A DNA stretch of 64,000 nt from Octopus vulgaris (lineage: Eukaryota). Location: positions 16,120,001-16,184,000 of the forward strand of contig OX597821.1 in assembly GCA_951406725.2 (NCBI GenBank). Direction: 5' to 3'. This document shows, in pieces, positions 38,758 to 53,560 of the stretch; the first letter of the stretch is position 1, and each line of letters begins with the position of its first letter. The notes under the pieces were generated by a model that did not search any database, had not been told where the DNA came from, and was given only the letters and a program-made list of their open reading frames with translations. Made by a program: the position numbers and the translations under genes.

Positions 38758-38852
38758 CATTATTATTATTATTATTATTCAGGTCACTGACTGGAATCGA
38801 ACTCGGAATCTTGGGGTTAGTAGCCCGCGCTCTTAATCGCTACGCCATATGC
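38540..38852 (-). mobile_element. Composite short retroelement: tRNA-like head + (AAT)n + hammerhead-like motif
   Basis: Minus strand: TGGCGTAGCGA (A box), GAGTTCGATTCC (B box), (AAT)n at 38700-38779, then CAC-CTAAATA-ATGTTG..CAGCC-GAAACGTT-GTG at 38603-38646. Confidence 0.6.
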
Positions 38853-39027
38853 TTACAATAGTAAGCAACCCACACACCCGAACAGATACCACAGAAACAC
38901 GAAAGACCCTAACACTAAAAACCGCACAATACTTATCAATACTAGAAGTAATTGTAATTATAGAACTAACTTGTGGTATAAAGCTATATTCGAGAAAATA
39001 ATAACATCCAACAACCCAAGGCTGTTT

Positions 39028-39081
39028 TATATATATATATACTTATATATATACATATATATACATATATATACATACATA

Positions 39082-39113
<32 letters not shown>

Positions 39114-39291
39114 CATATATATGTATACATATATATATATATATATATATACATACATATATACATATATATATATACATACATATATACATACATATAT
39201 ATATATATATATATACATACATACATATATACATATATATATATACATACATATATACATACATATATATATATATATATATACATACATA

Positions 39292-39325
<34 letters not shown>

Positions 39326-39448
39326 CATACATACATATACATACATACATATACATACATACATACATGCATACATATATATATATATACACATATATAT
39401 ATATATATATACACATATATATATATATATATACACATATATATATAT

Positions 39449-39479
<31 letters not shown>

Positions 39480-39485
39480 CATATT
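39028..39485. repeat. Complex (TA)n/(TACA)n satellite
   Basis: Directly visible. Confidence 0.95.
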
Positions 39486-41484
39486 GGTTTGGTTCTCCTG
39501 GTTAATTTCTAAATTTTCTTTGTATCGCGCCTCTTCTAATCCTCGTTTGACTTAAATACCTCCTCATAGTAATCCTCCTGTGTCTTAAATTCTTCACCTT
39601 CATAAAAACTAAACAAACGAGCGATATTTAAAAACTTGAATTATATCATTTGTATCAATTTTCATAGGATTAACCACCTTTCAGTAGATCTTTATTCCTT
39701 ATGAATTTTAGAATTGAATGCCATGTAAATCCAGTATTTAAACTTGGTCTCTAATAAAGATCCGCATAGAAATATTGAGAGACCAAGCCAAGTTCTCACA
39801 CAATTTCAAATCCCAGTTGAAATACCCTTATTCATGTCATTATAAGAAAAATGTAAAAGTTATAGCAAATTTACTTGAAATATTGAGTGGGTGGATTAAC
39901 AAATATCTTACAGCGTCAAACAAAATGCCTTTATTGTATTTCTTATGAGTCTTCCCGTTCTGGTTTCGAATCTCAGCGTGAGGAAATTTGCAATGCAGCT
40001 TCCTAACCGAAAGTCGACCCAGTGAAATGCAGGGTCATTGACTAATCCCCTACCCTCAAATTTGTTTGTCTAGTAGCTAAATCAGAATCAATAGAAATAA
40101 TTATTTCATCAAATATGTTTAGTATTAAGTTAAAAGTTTGAAATATATAATTTAATTTTTTCAACACAAATTCTATTTGAAAATTCAGTAAAAGTTTGTA
40201 TAATAAAATTTGAATAAACATTCAATTTCGTAAAATTAGATTAAAACAATGCGAAACATCAAACATGTTGTGTGAGTAGGCGTATCTGTCAGAATTCGTT
40301 GATTTCCAGATTGGAAATATAATGAACAAATATCACAACTTTTCAGATTTTCGTATTTGATTTACACTTAATTGATTACATTGATTTCTTTTATTGAATA
40401 CCAGCACAAAGAATGTAAGTGTAGAAGGTGAGTGTAAGTTTTAATAATAATTCATGTATACCTTATACTTTTGCTAATGACCCAATACTTGCAAAAGCTA
40501 AAGTTGATTCTGCTATGAGTTTACCTAAATAATATAACGCGTTGATTAGGGAACACTAACATTATACCAATCGCACAGATGGATTAATTTTGTAAAATCT
40601 AAATTGATTTTAATTGCTCTTCAAATCCCCAAACTACAAAGTATTAGAAAGAAGTATGATCTTAAATCGAGTCATAAGATTTGATATCGCAATAATACGA
40701 GGTGGAATTATCTTTCTCTCCAGGCATTAGTGTAGCTGAGTTAATTGCTTGGCCTTTCCTCTCTAATGATTAATCATATAAATTAACCGCACTGATTACA
40801 AGCACCACAAAGATTTATCAGCTGAGACAGGTCAGAATGGGTTTTGACAGATCGAATTTTTATGGAGAGTGGAATGATTTAGTTAACAACGTCAGTGAAG
40901 TGATAGGAATACATTAAGAACTTAAAGTAAGTTGTACTCACTCTCTACTGATATTTCTTCTGTATTTCAGTGCATATGTTGAGATGGATAATTATTTATC
41001 GAGTGCATGGCTTATGGCAACTGATTCAATCATTATCTCTAACCTTCACAAAGAGACACGATAAAAAATATAGAGGAATGTAAGAAATTGAAATATTTGA
41101 TAACAGTATCAGCTGCGATAATATTTTTCCGAGTTAATTAGAGAATGCAGGGTAGCGCCATTACCTTCTTTTAGGACTTTAGCCACTGGGGAAAAGCCAG
41201 TAAAGTAGTAAGAATACTTAGAACAGGATAAAATTGGCTAAAAGAATACAGGCTTGATAACGGTGAGATCCGTTCAAACAATAGACGGTATTTTTCTTAA
41301 CTCTATCACTTTGCTAATCGTTCCCTTATAAAGCAAGAATATTCCTATTCTGTCCAACGAAGAGAATTTCTGAGCTTAAAACGTCATTAAAATATGTTTG
41401 TAAAATGCTATTACGGTAAGTTGTGGAATAAATGTTTATCTACAGAGAAAATAGAAAAACGTGAAGCAGAGAACACTTCTTTAT

Positions 41485-42050
41485 GTTATAGGCACAAGGA
41501 CTGAAATTTTGGAGGAGGAGGCTAGTCGATTTCATCAACCTCAGTGCATAACTGGTAATCATTTCATCGGCCTTGGAAGGATGAAAGGCAATGTCGACCT
41601 CGATTGAATTTGAACTCAGAACGTAAGGACGGATGAAGTGGAAGCAGAAAATAATGAAAATCAAGTTGCACCCAATTATTCCTAATATAAATGATTTCAA
41701 GAAGGTTTAACTGATACTGGCAACCGAACTATCTGACCGGTACCTTTTTTCTGCTCCGGGGAGATAGAGTTATGTATACAGAACCTAATGAACCGGAAGA
41801 AATAGCACAGTCCGGTTGGCTAATAATTCTGCCATCTTGTCTCCGCTACATAACTAGTAATAATGGCTTCATATTTTGCTACAGGGCCAGCAATATTAGG
41901 GGTGGAGGTAAGGCCATTACGTCCAACCCCATTCCATAATTGCTACTCATTTTATCGATTCTGGAATGACAGAAGGAAACTTCAACTTGCCGGAACTTTA
42001 ACTTAAAATGGTAAACAAAAGGAAGAAATGCAGTTAAGTATTTTGTTCGA
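41485..42050 (-). mobile_element. Two degenerate SINE family A copies
   Basis: GGATGAAAGGCAATGTCGACCTCG..GAATTTGAACTCAGAACG at 41485-41640; a weaker copy at 41880-42050. Confidence 0.75.
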
Positions 42051-42346
42051 CGCACGTACGTACGTAGTAATAGAATAAAGAAATTCATCCTGTAGCTATG
42101 CTATTTTGATTATCGTAATGAATCTCCCACTAGATAAAAACATGTTTAAACTTGTCTTCAAAATCAAAGAATTTTTATTTTTCCGTTCTTCAATAACGAA
42201 TATATAGATACGCATTGGTATGATTATATATTTACACACAACTATCTTCCTTTCTGTGATATCTTTCTTGCTCTCTTTCTCTCTCATTCACTCTCTCTCA
42301 CTCTCTTGCTCAGTTTTTCTACTGTTTATTTTTATCCATTAATATA

Positions 42347-42452
<106 letters not shown>

Positions 42453-42453
42453 A

Positions 42454-44222
<1,769 letters not shown>

Positions 44223-44224
44223 CT

Positions 44225-44807
44225 GGCCATGGAGACGGAGAACCCGGTGAAGAGGTAGAGGGAGGAGGAAGAACTAAAAGAAGGGCTGGTAGAGCTAAAG
44301 GAAAAGCTCAAGCAGGACCAAAGGGTGAAAAAACCAGGAATAGAAGTGGGAACCGCAAAAGATGGAAACGGACAGCGCACACAGGTGTGTAGGTTCTACC
44401 TGAGAGGTTCTTGCTGGCATGGAGAGAGGTGCAGGCTGCCGTTTTGCACATGGGGACCCTGCCACAGAGACACGAGGCAGATGGACAAACCATCATACAC
44501 AAGGAAAGGGAGGGATGGACCACGCACCACTTGCCCGAAGAGCGGAGGTACGCAGATATATATATACAAACCACCAACATGATGTTGTCGAAAGGGCAGC
44601 TGCTGAGCAACAATCTTTTATGCATGCTATATATATATTGTCCCCAGCAGCTGACCTGGCTTCATCATATATCAAGCCCGCATATATATATATCACTATA
44701 TACCAGACCACCACCACAGCAAACAGACCCAGGATGGACACCACCGGCAACAACGTACACCTCACTCGATGCTCCTGAATATACATAAATATATACATAT
44801 ATATATA

Positions 44808-44843
<36 letters not shown>

Positions 44844-47700
44844 AGCCTTATGCATAGCACTATACGGAGACGCACCTGATATACCGGACCGGATATAGCA
44901 GATGCGGAGTTACACATACCACAGTATGCTGTACTACGTTATGGGATATAGAAAGGAGTCATGGGAGGTGTTTGCTATGTACATCCGTGAGGACCTCACA
45001 CCCCAGGTTCTTGTCATACTCAAACCTCGGTGTGTGTGACACTATATTGTACATATTAGGCAACTTGATGTAGTGATTGTGTGCTACATACCGTCCAATG
45101 CATCCCCAAGCCATGTGGGCAAGTTTGAGAAGACTGCCTTATAAAAATAGAAGAAGTTCTAACCACATTAGAACAACACATAAGTGTACTTCTTATGGGA
45201 GACTTCAATCTACCAAATGTCAGATGGCCCGAGGGCCTTTCTCTCCCAGGAATGACAAGATGTGAACGAGGACAGGCGAGGTCCCTCCTGAACCTCATCA
45301 ACACCCTTTACGTGGAGCAGGTAATACTCCAACCAACCAGGGCAGGTAACACACTGGATTCTGCTTCACAAATGACATATATATTTATATATATCTCATC
45401 CATAATGTGAAAGTGACACCGACACTACTCTTGGATCACAACATGATAGAGCTGACCATGTACGGGCCACAAAGAGAGCACGGACATGCAGTCTACAAGA
45501 AACCCCCAGAATCTTTCCAGCTTGAACCACCATATATATAACTGGAAACAAATTGAATAAGAGATCCTCCAAATATGACTGTGGCCTAAATGTCCTCTCT
45601 CGCCAGACATCGACGTGAAACTTCCAGCAACAATTCATGTCTGTAATGCAGCCATATATATATAAATATGTCCCAGAGAGAAAGGCCACTGTACACAAGA
45701 ACAAAATCCCCAGAGAGAGGAAAATTATATTGAGACGGCGTACTAATTTTCAAATTGCCTAAACAAACAGATTGAAAGCAGTGAAAAGTCCCGCCTAAAA
45801 ATAAAACTGTTGGAAATCGAAAAATGTCTGAAACTCTCCCAATGAAAAGGAAAGAGCAGACAAAGAAGCCTGGGCTATAGACAACATAAAATCTAACCCC
45901 AGAGCTTTATACAGTATGCCAATAAAGAAACAGCTACGGTGCACTGTAGAATAGGGCCACTCCTCGAAAAGGATGGCACACTTAAAGGAAAACCAATGAG
46001 GGTAAGTGAAATACTGAATGAGCAATTCAAGAGTGTTTTCACTCCCACCGCAGGCATCTCCAATCACCAATCCAAATGACTTTTTTACCACTGCAGATAT
46101 AAAATCAGAGGCGGCGACGATAGATTACATCGATATAAAGGAAGACAATGTAATATAAGGTATAGATGAAATGAAAACAGACTCAGCTACTGGCCCCGAT
46201 GGATTCCCGGCAATCCTCCTAAAAGCATGTATAGAGAGTCCTAGCAAGACCTTCCTGCAGTTCCTCTTTTGAGAGCTTCCTTGCAGCTGGCAAACTTCCA
46301 AGAAAACTGAAGGAAGGTAAAATATGCCCCATTCATAAAGGAGGTAGCAGGGCGGAAGCCAAGAACTATAGACCTATCTCTCTGACCTCACACATCAGCA
46401 AGGTCATGGAACGCATATAGTCAGAAGGAAGCTGATCACCTTCCTTGAAGAAAATGACTTGCTGCCCGACACCCAACATGGTTTCCGACCAGGGAGAAGC
46501 TGTTTACCTCAGCTCCTACAACACTATGACTGGGTGCTGGCTTGGCTGCAGTTTTCAACCACTCAAATGTGGAAGTGATATATCTCGACTTTGCCATATA
46601 GGCCTTTGATAAAGTCGATCATGGGATGATATGTCACAAACTGCGTGATCTCAACATATATGGAAAACTGGGAGAATGGCTTCATGACTTTCTGAAAGAT
46701 AGATATTATATTCAGGTGGTAGTGGCCAATGGGGCCACTTCCATTAACATACAAATAGTGAGAGAGCGATGTGTCGATGGCAGGGCACTGTTCTGGGACC
46801 ACTACTGTTCATAATGGCCCTCTGTCATACATGCCCTCAGCCACGCAGAGAGCCACAATCACAAAGTTATGCAGATGATACAAAAGTTTCACAGGCAATA
46901 CAGAACCCTGAGGACACTAAACATCTGCAATGTGAGGCCTAGACAAAATATACAAGGGCCGAAAAGAATAGCATGCAGTTCAATGCTGAAAAGTTTCAAG
47001 CTCTATACTATCAGCATGCAAAACTAAATGCAATACCCAATGAATACACTGGACCCGGAGGAAAAGCAATCCCAGAGGCACAATCAGTGCGTGACCTAGG
47101 TATTTACATGAGTGATGACGCGACATTTTTTGCTATTGTACATGTTGCTAAATTGGCAATGAAATGTATATATGGCCGGATGGATCCTCAGAACCTTTAG
47201 AACAAGAGAACAGGAAACCATGATGGTCCTCTGGAGGACACTTGTCCTAAGCCACTTTGACTACTGCTCTCAGTTATGGTCACCATCCAGTGTCAAGTTG
47301 ATCACAGGCAGCTAGGCGATCCAACGTAGCTACACAAAGAAGATATATACGATATGTAAGCTACTGGGATATAGACTCAGGAAATTAAAATTATATTCCC
47401 TGGAGCGTAGGCGGGAAAGATATGCCATAATATACATCTGGAAGATCCTAGAGGGAAGTGTCCTGAACTTTGGCATCGAGAGTTACGCAAATGCCAGAAC
47501 TGGGCGCCACTGCATGGTGCCTAGGACTCCCAAACTTGCCATCATAGATGTAGGACAAGATATCTGTGATAGCCTGGGCTTCCGAGGCCCACAGCTCTTC
47601 AATATCCTCCCGAAGAACCTGAGAGACCTGCATATGGATACAGATGTCTTTAAAATGATAGCTGGATCTCTTCCTGTCAGGTGTCCCAGATATACGGCAG
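44225..47700 (+). mobile_element. Second, longer copy of the same LINE: ORF1 remnant with CCCH zinc finger, APE endonuclease and RT; heavily frameshifted; 3' tail absent
   Basis: [20 protein letters not shown] at ~44385-44450; APE motifs TETHL, YRP, MGDFNLP, PTRAGNTLD, DHN; RT motifs [36 protein letters not shown]. 46355-47690 aligns to copy 1. Confidence 0.9.
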
Positions 47701-47710
47701 GGGAGGGGGC

Positions 47711-48795
<1,085 letters not shown>

Positions 48796-48909
48796 TAAAT
48801 AATTACACTCCCTAACTACGCGCTAAAAAGCTATTTAAAATATCCACATGACGTCTACTGACCAGCCTGAACAATAAGAATTTTCAACAACGCTATTTTC
48901 GAAAATTCT

Positions 48910-49165
48910 AAACATTCACGTGACCTCTCTATTATGACCACATCCACGTGACCTCTTTATTAGGACCAATAAGAAATTTTAGGCGCGACACTAGCCAAAT
49001 TTTAACTTCTCTGGAGCCTTTTTTCGTACCCCAACACCAACTTCCATTCAAACATTCACGTTACCCCTTCATAATGACCAATCAAAATTGTATTGACCAT
49101 CGTCCACAAGAAATTTTAGGCGCGAAACCAAGCATATCTTAAACAACTCTGGAGCTTCTTTTTTC
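48910..49165 (+). repeat. Two ~140 bp diverged direct repeats with E-box, CCAAT and E2F-like motifs
   Basis: AAACATTCACGT..ACC...GACCAAT...AAGAAATTTTAGGCGCGA...CTCTGGAGC occurs at ~48910 and ~49050. Confidence 0.7.
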
Positions 49166-49374
49166 ACATATGAGAGACAGCAAGCCCAACGTAAAGTCAG
49201 ATAAGAGGAAAAAATCTATCAGAAAAGGAACTCTAATATCTCTTTAAAAAAAATATTTTGATAAGCATAACAAATGCGCAACCGCTGAAAATAAATTTCA
49301 CCTAATTAAATTACTTAAATTACTTAAATTATTTTGTCAGCATTTTCTTCATTTCCTTTTATATATATATATAC

Positions 49375-49465
<91 letters not shown>

Positions 49466-49579
49466 ATTAATATATATAAATATATATATATATTTATACG
49501 TAAACAAAGTCAAATGCGATACAATAAAATTAATTATTATCGCTGGTGTATATATAAATATATATATATATATAAATAC

Positions 49580-49664
<85 letters not shown>

Positions 49665-49668
<4 letters not shown>

Positions 49669-50177
49669 CAGTATCGCCCGGCGTTGCTCGGGTTTGTAAG
49701 GGAAATAACTATATAAGCATTTTTAGAGAGTTACTTCCCTTATAGATGCCAATTCGGGCTTTCTTAGCCATTTCTGTTCTGGTTTATTCAAGCCATGAAG
49801 TCGTTGTTCTAAAAGAACGCTGGTCTCCTTGACAACGCTTTACGACGTTGATTTCCTTACACTCCCCTCCCCACAGCTTCACGAGGGAGGGAAGAAGGGG
49901 GAGAACCAAACAGGTGCAGGTGTGACCATGGACGCCAACTCCGCCGCCATCGACACACGAAAAATTATGCATTAAAATGGAATAAAAAATGATGTTAAAT
50001 TATTTTTAAAATTGTAGACTCATCGTAGACGCGCGTTAATACGCAGACCGGCTCGATATGAATCACGACTATAAGATACCCGAATTTGGTTAAACTGCAC
50101 CGCAAAACGTGGGAGTAGTTAGGAATCTAAATCGAAGGGGCCAGACACTCACACAACTACAGTTTTATATATATAGA
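49665..50177 (-). mobile_element. Non-autonomous Helitron (same family as 19776-20182)
   Basis: The minus strand starts A|TCTATATATATAAAA and ends CCCGAGCAACGCCGGG..CTAA|T (TC...CTRR, inserted between A and T). Carries an extra GC-rich segment at ~49745-49965. Confidence 0.85.
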
Positions 50178-50211
50178 TATATTTATATATATATTTATAT
50201 ATATATTTATA

Positions 50212-50294
<83 letters not shown>

Positions 50295-50819
50295 ATGTAT
50301 GTATTTATGCGCATGCATGTCCGTGTATGTACGTGTTAGTGCGTATGCTGCACATCTATCTACCACGGTTTCATATTTCCATATATTCTTCTAAAACAAC
50401 TATTTAGCAGTGAATTGTTAGAGATGTTCATTAATAGCTTTAGCTAAAAATCTGTCTACTAGAAATATACGACTCTCATTTGATTAATGAATCTTATTAA
50501 ATAATCTCTTTTTGTATAGTTTTTACCTTCAACACTACACAGTGGTTCATTAATATCTTTTTTTTACTTTGCCTTATAGACAATTACATTTATGGCAAAG
50601 ATCTTGTAAGCACAATCGATACTTTTGTTGCAGTTACTCATTAGCAGAATAGTCTCCTCCAAGTGAATTTAGCTATATATTTCAGTTATTTTTTTTCTCG
50701 TGTACAGACATGCACTATAGGTGAATCATAGAGGAATAGGAATTCACTACTACCTTAAATGTAGTTTTGATGACTAAAAGCGTCCTTCACTAGTCTTTCA
50801 GAATAGCTATGTCACCATT

Positions 50820-51011
50820 CTTGCTCTCCTGATATCTCTCTATTTTCCTCAGTCACTCTCTCTCTCTCTCATACACTGCTTTTGTCCCATCTTTTTAGAG
50901 ATATCTGTTTGGACATTATGTGGCTTGCTCTCAGCTGAACCGTTGTCTAAACGGCCGAACAACGATGCGTTATTGCATTGATTCGGTTTAGTAGGAATGA
51001 AATAGTACCCC
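50820..51011 (-). repeat. Right arm of inverted repeat pair (ends AGTACCCC)
   Basis: Reverse complement of 37401-37595. Confidence 0.8.
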
Positions 51012-51903
51012 AATTTCTCTTGCAAATACAGCTACCGTCTTGATAAAGAAAAAAAAATAGATTATATAACGCATATTCAATATCCTTTTTAAAAAACACA
51101 GCCATGGTATTGGCTTCGTTACTTTTGATCTCTCGTTTACTCGATTTGGTCCATAATGTGGCTGAAGAACAGCAACAATATAATATTACAATAGGCGTGA
51201 GGAAAGAGATACGGTGGTCATTTGTCTTTCTTGCTATATTCAGCAAACTCCCGGTTCAGATACAATTATATTCGAACATAATTTTAGGCAAATTCATTTA
51301 GAATATTGGTAGCTGTGTGAAGTTAAAATAATTTATTTTATACAGAGTAATTTGCATTTGTGGACAAGTTTGAATAACAGATAGGATTCTGTACTATGAG
51401 ATATGTTTTGGTAAGAAGAGGATACGAATACAGAATAAAAACCGTGTTCATTAGTACAAGCAAAAAATGACAATATTTTCTACTAAACTTGTTTCTTTGA
51501 ACGCACAATAAACAGATTCATTAAGATGAATTTAAACAAAGCGCTTGCGGACAATTGCCTCTTCCACTGGTACGAGACGAAATGTAAAACATTTATTTAG
51601 ACAGAGCTGATACTTAAGCAGCACTTCATCTATTTTGACGTAAACTACGACTCCCAACACGAAAAGACTACAACATATTTTATTTAGGAAATTAAGGCTA
51701 CAATCCCGATATCAGGAAATTTAATATTGGACAGAAAACACAATTCAAATAACGATGATCTGAATAGTTTGTTATATTTATGTACCCATCAATCGAACAC
51801 ACCTATTGAACACTTATCTTAGCCAAGTGTCTTCATATATTCTTCGATCTACAAGACAAATTGTAAACCAAATTATTTACACACACACACATACATATAT
51901 ATT

Positions 51904-51940
<37 letters not shown>

Positions 51941-52211
51941 GCATACACACATATATACATGCATATATATACTATTTATTAATTCATATTAGTATATAAG
52001 GACAAAATCACATTAACAATTTTGATCAGGTTGTCAGCACACAATAAAAATTTATAGGTAATTTAAACATTAAATAAATAATTATACGTGTATGTATATA
52101 ATTGTACTAAGGGAGCAAGGTTGAAAAAAGACGACCTATCTCCAACATGCTTGAATGTTGAGGCATTCAGATACTACAGAAAAACGCCAGAAATATTTCC
52201 TGATTATAAAT

Positions 52212-52668
52212 GAGCGAGTGAAAATACATTAAAAACTCTTCACGACAATTGTGAATTGGGTCCACTTTCTAGATTAAAGCCATAAAACTGGCCTTTTCCT
52301 TTATCAGCACAATACAAGAGAAATATAAATGTAAATAGCATTTTATGCGGAGCTGTTTTGATAATATACACTGTTTGTCGTGAAAAAGTAATAATCTGAC
52401 TTATCTTCGATGTATACGTGCAAATATGTGTATGTGGACGTGCGAATCTGTTTTGTACGGATATATATAATTATTTGTATTTATAATTATTTGCATTTAT
52501 AATCTATATCTTTATTTATAACTATTTTTATTTATAATTATGTCTATTTATATTTCTCGTGTATTGTGATGACGAAGGAAAAAGGCCTGTTGTATGGCTT
52601 TAATCTAGGAATTAGACCCAATTCATAATTAAACGTGAAGTATTTTCAATGTTTCTTCACTCGCTCGC
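52212..52668. repeat. Inverted ~120 bp repeat pair (52212-52330 / 52546-52668), each arm carrying a hammerhead-like motif
   Basis: GAGCGAGTGAA...GAATTGGGTC...CTAGATTAAAGCCATA...GGCCTTTT...CACAATAC and its reverse complement, with a ~215 bp spacer. Confidence 0.8.
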
Positions 52669-52809
52669 TTAGAATGCATGTATATTTTTGGAGTTTACCG
52701 GTAGTATTTGAATGCCTCAGCATTTTTCGCCCTTGCTCCCTTAATATACTTATATACACACATATACATAATTATCAATTTTATATATATATGTGTTTGT
52801 GCGTGCGTG

Positions 52810-52900
52810 CATGTATGTATGTATGTATGTATGTATGTATGTATGTATGTATGTATGTATGTATGTATGTATGTATGTATGTATGTATGTATGTATGTAT
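52810..52900. repeat. (ATGT)n microsatellite
   Basis: Directly visible. Confidence 0.95.
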
Positions 52901-53329
52901 AATCGTTAAATTTCGAGGAGGAATTATTCTTCATAAAACTTAAAGATTTCTTGAAAACCGGTGAAGTCGACGAGTTAGATATCGGAGAGGTCGTTCTTAA
53001 TTTAGTCGTGGAATTCTGTTGATCTACTCACGTATGCAAACCAAATGCACGTGGGCATTTAGTTTACATACAAATTATGATAATTTGAGAAGAGCTGAAA
53101 GAACCGGATATATGTAAGAAGGAAGTGGAGCAAGGGAGACTAGGAACGTAAAACGTATTAGTAGTTCCTGAGGTATGTGAGAGGGGCCATTGATAGGTAA
53201 GTTACTGTGACTGGAGGAAATTAAAGCTGATAACCATGACGCTGAGAACTAGTCTTAAAACATATTTCGGATTTTAAAGATGAGGGTATCCTTCCTGTGG
53301 CATTAAAATTGCGTTACGACATTATTTTC

Positions 53330-53560
53330 CCATGAGCATGCATTATCCGTTATATTTTATATCAAACCATTCCAGTGTACATCTGTAGCAGACTACCTTA
53401 CACTTGTTCCGACTTCTCAGACTAATTTTGCTATTGCCCACTTCATATCGCTGCCACTTTCGTAAGAGACTCGTACATCTTCGACTTGCCGTTTTTGATT
53501 TTCTCTCCTTTATCCTCAGACACTGCTCTTCATTCTCAGTCAGAAGCATCAAACATATTT
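53330..53560 (-). mobile_element. Old RTE-like LINE RT C-terminal relic
   Basis: MLLTENEEQCLRIKERK...TLEWFDIKYNG resembles the RTE W.LT....RL...ER.M...RL.W.GHV.RM region. Confidence 0.4.

Noticed and set aside
38780-38852. tRNA-Ser(ACT)-like sequence as a real tRNA gene
   Set aside because: No acceptor stem and no long variable arm. It is a SINE-type head, as are all family A, B and C heads.
50785-50800. Partial resemblance to miR-7/miR-71 on the minus strand
   Set aside because: Short match only, with no hairpin.
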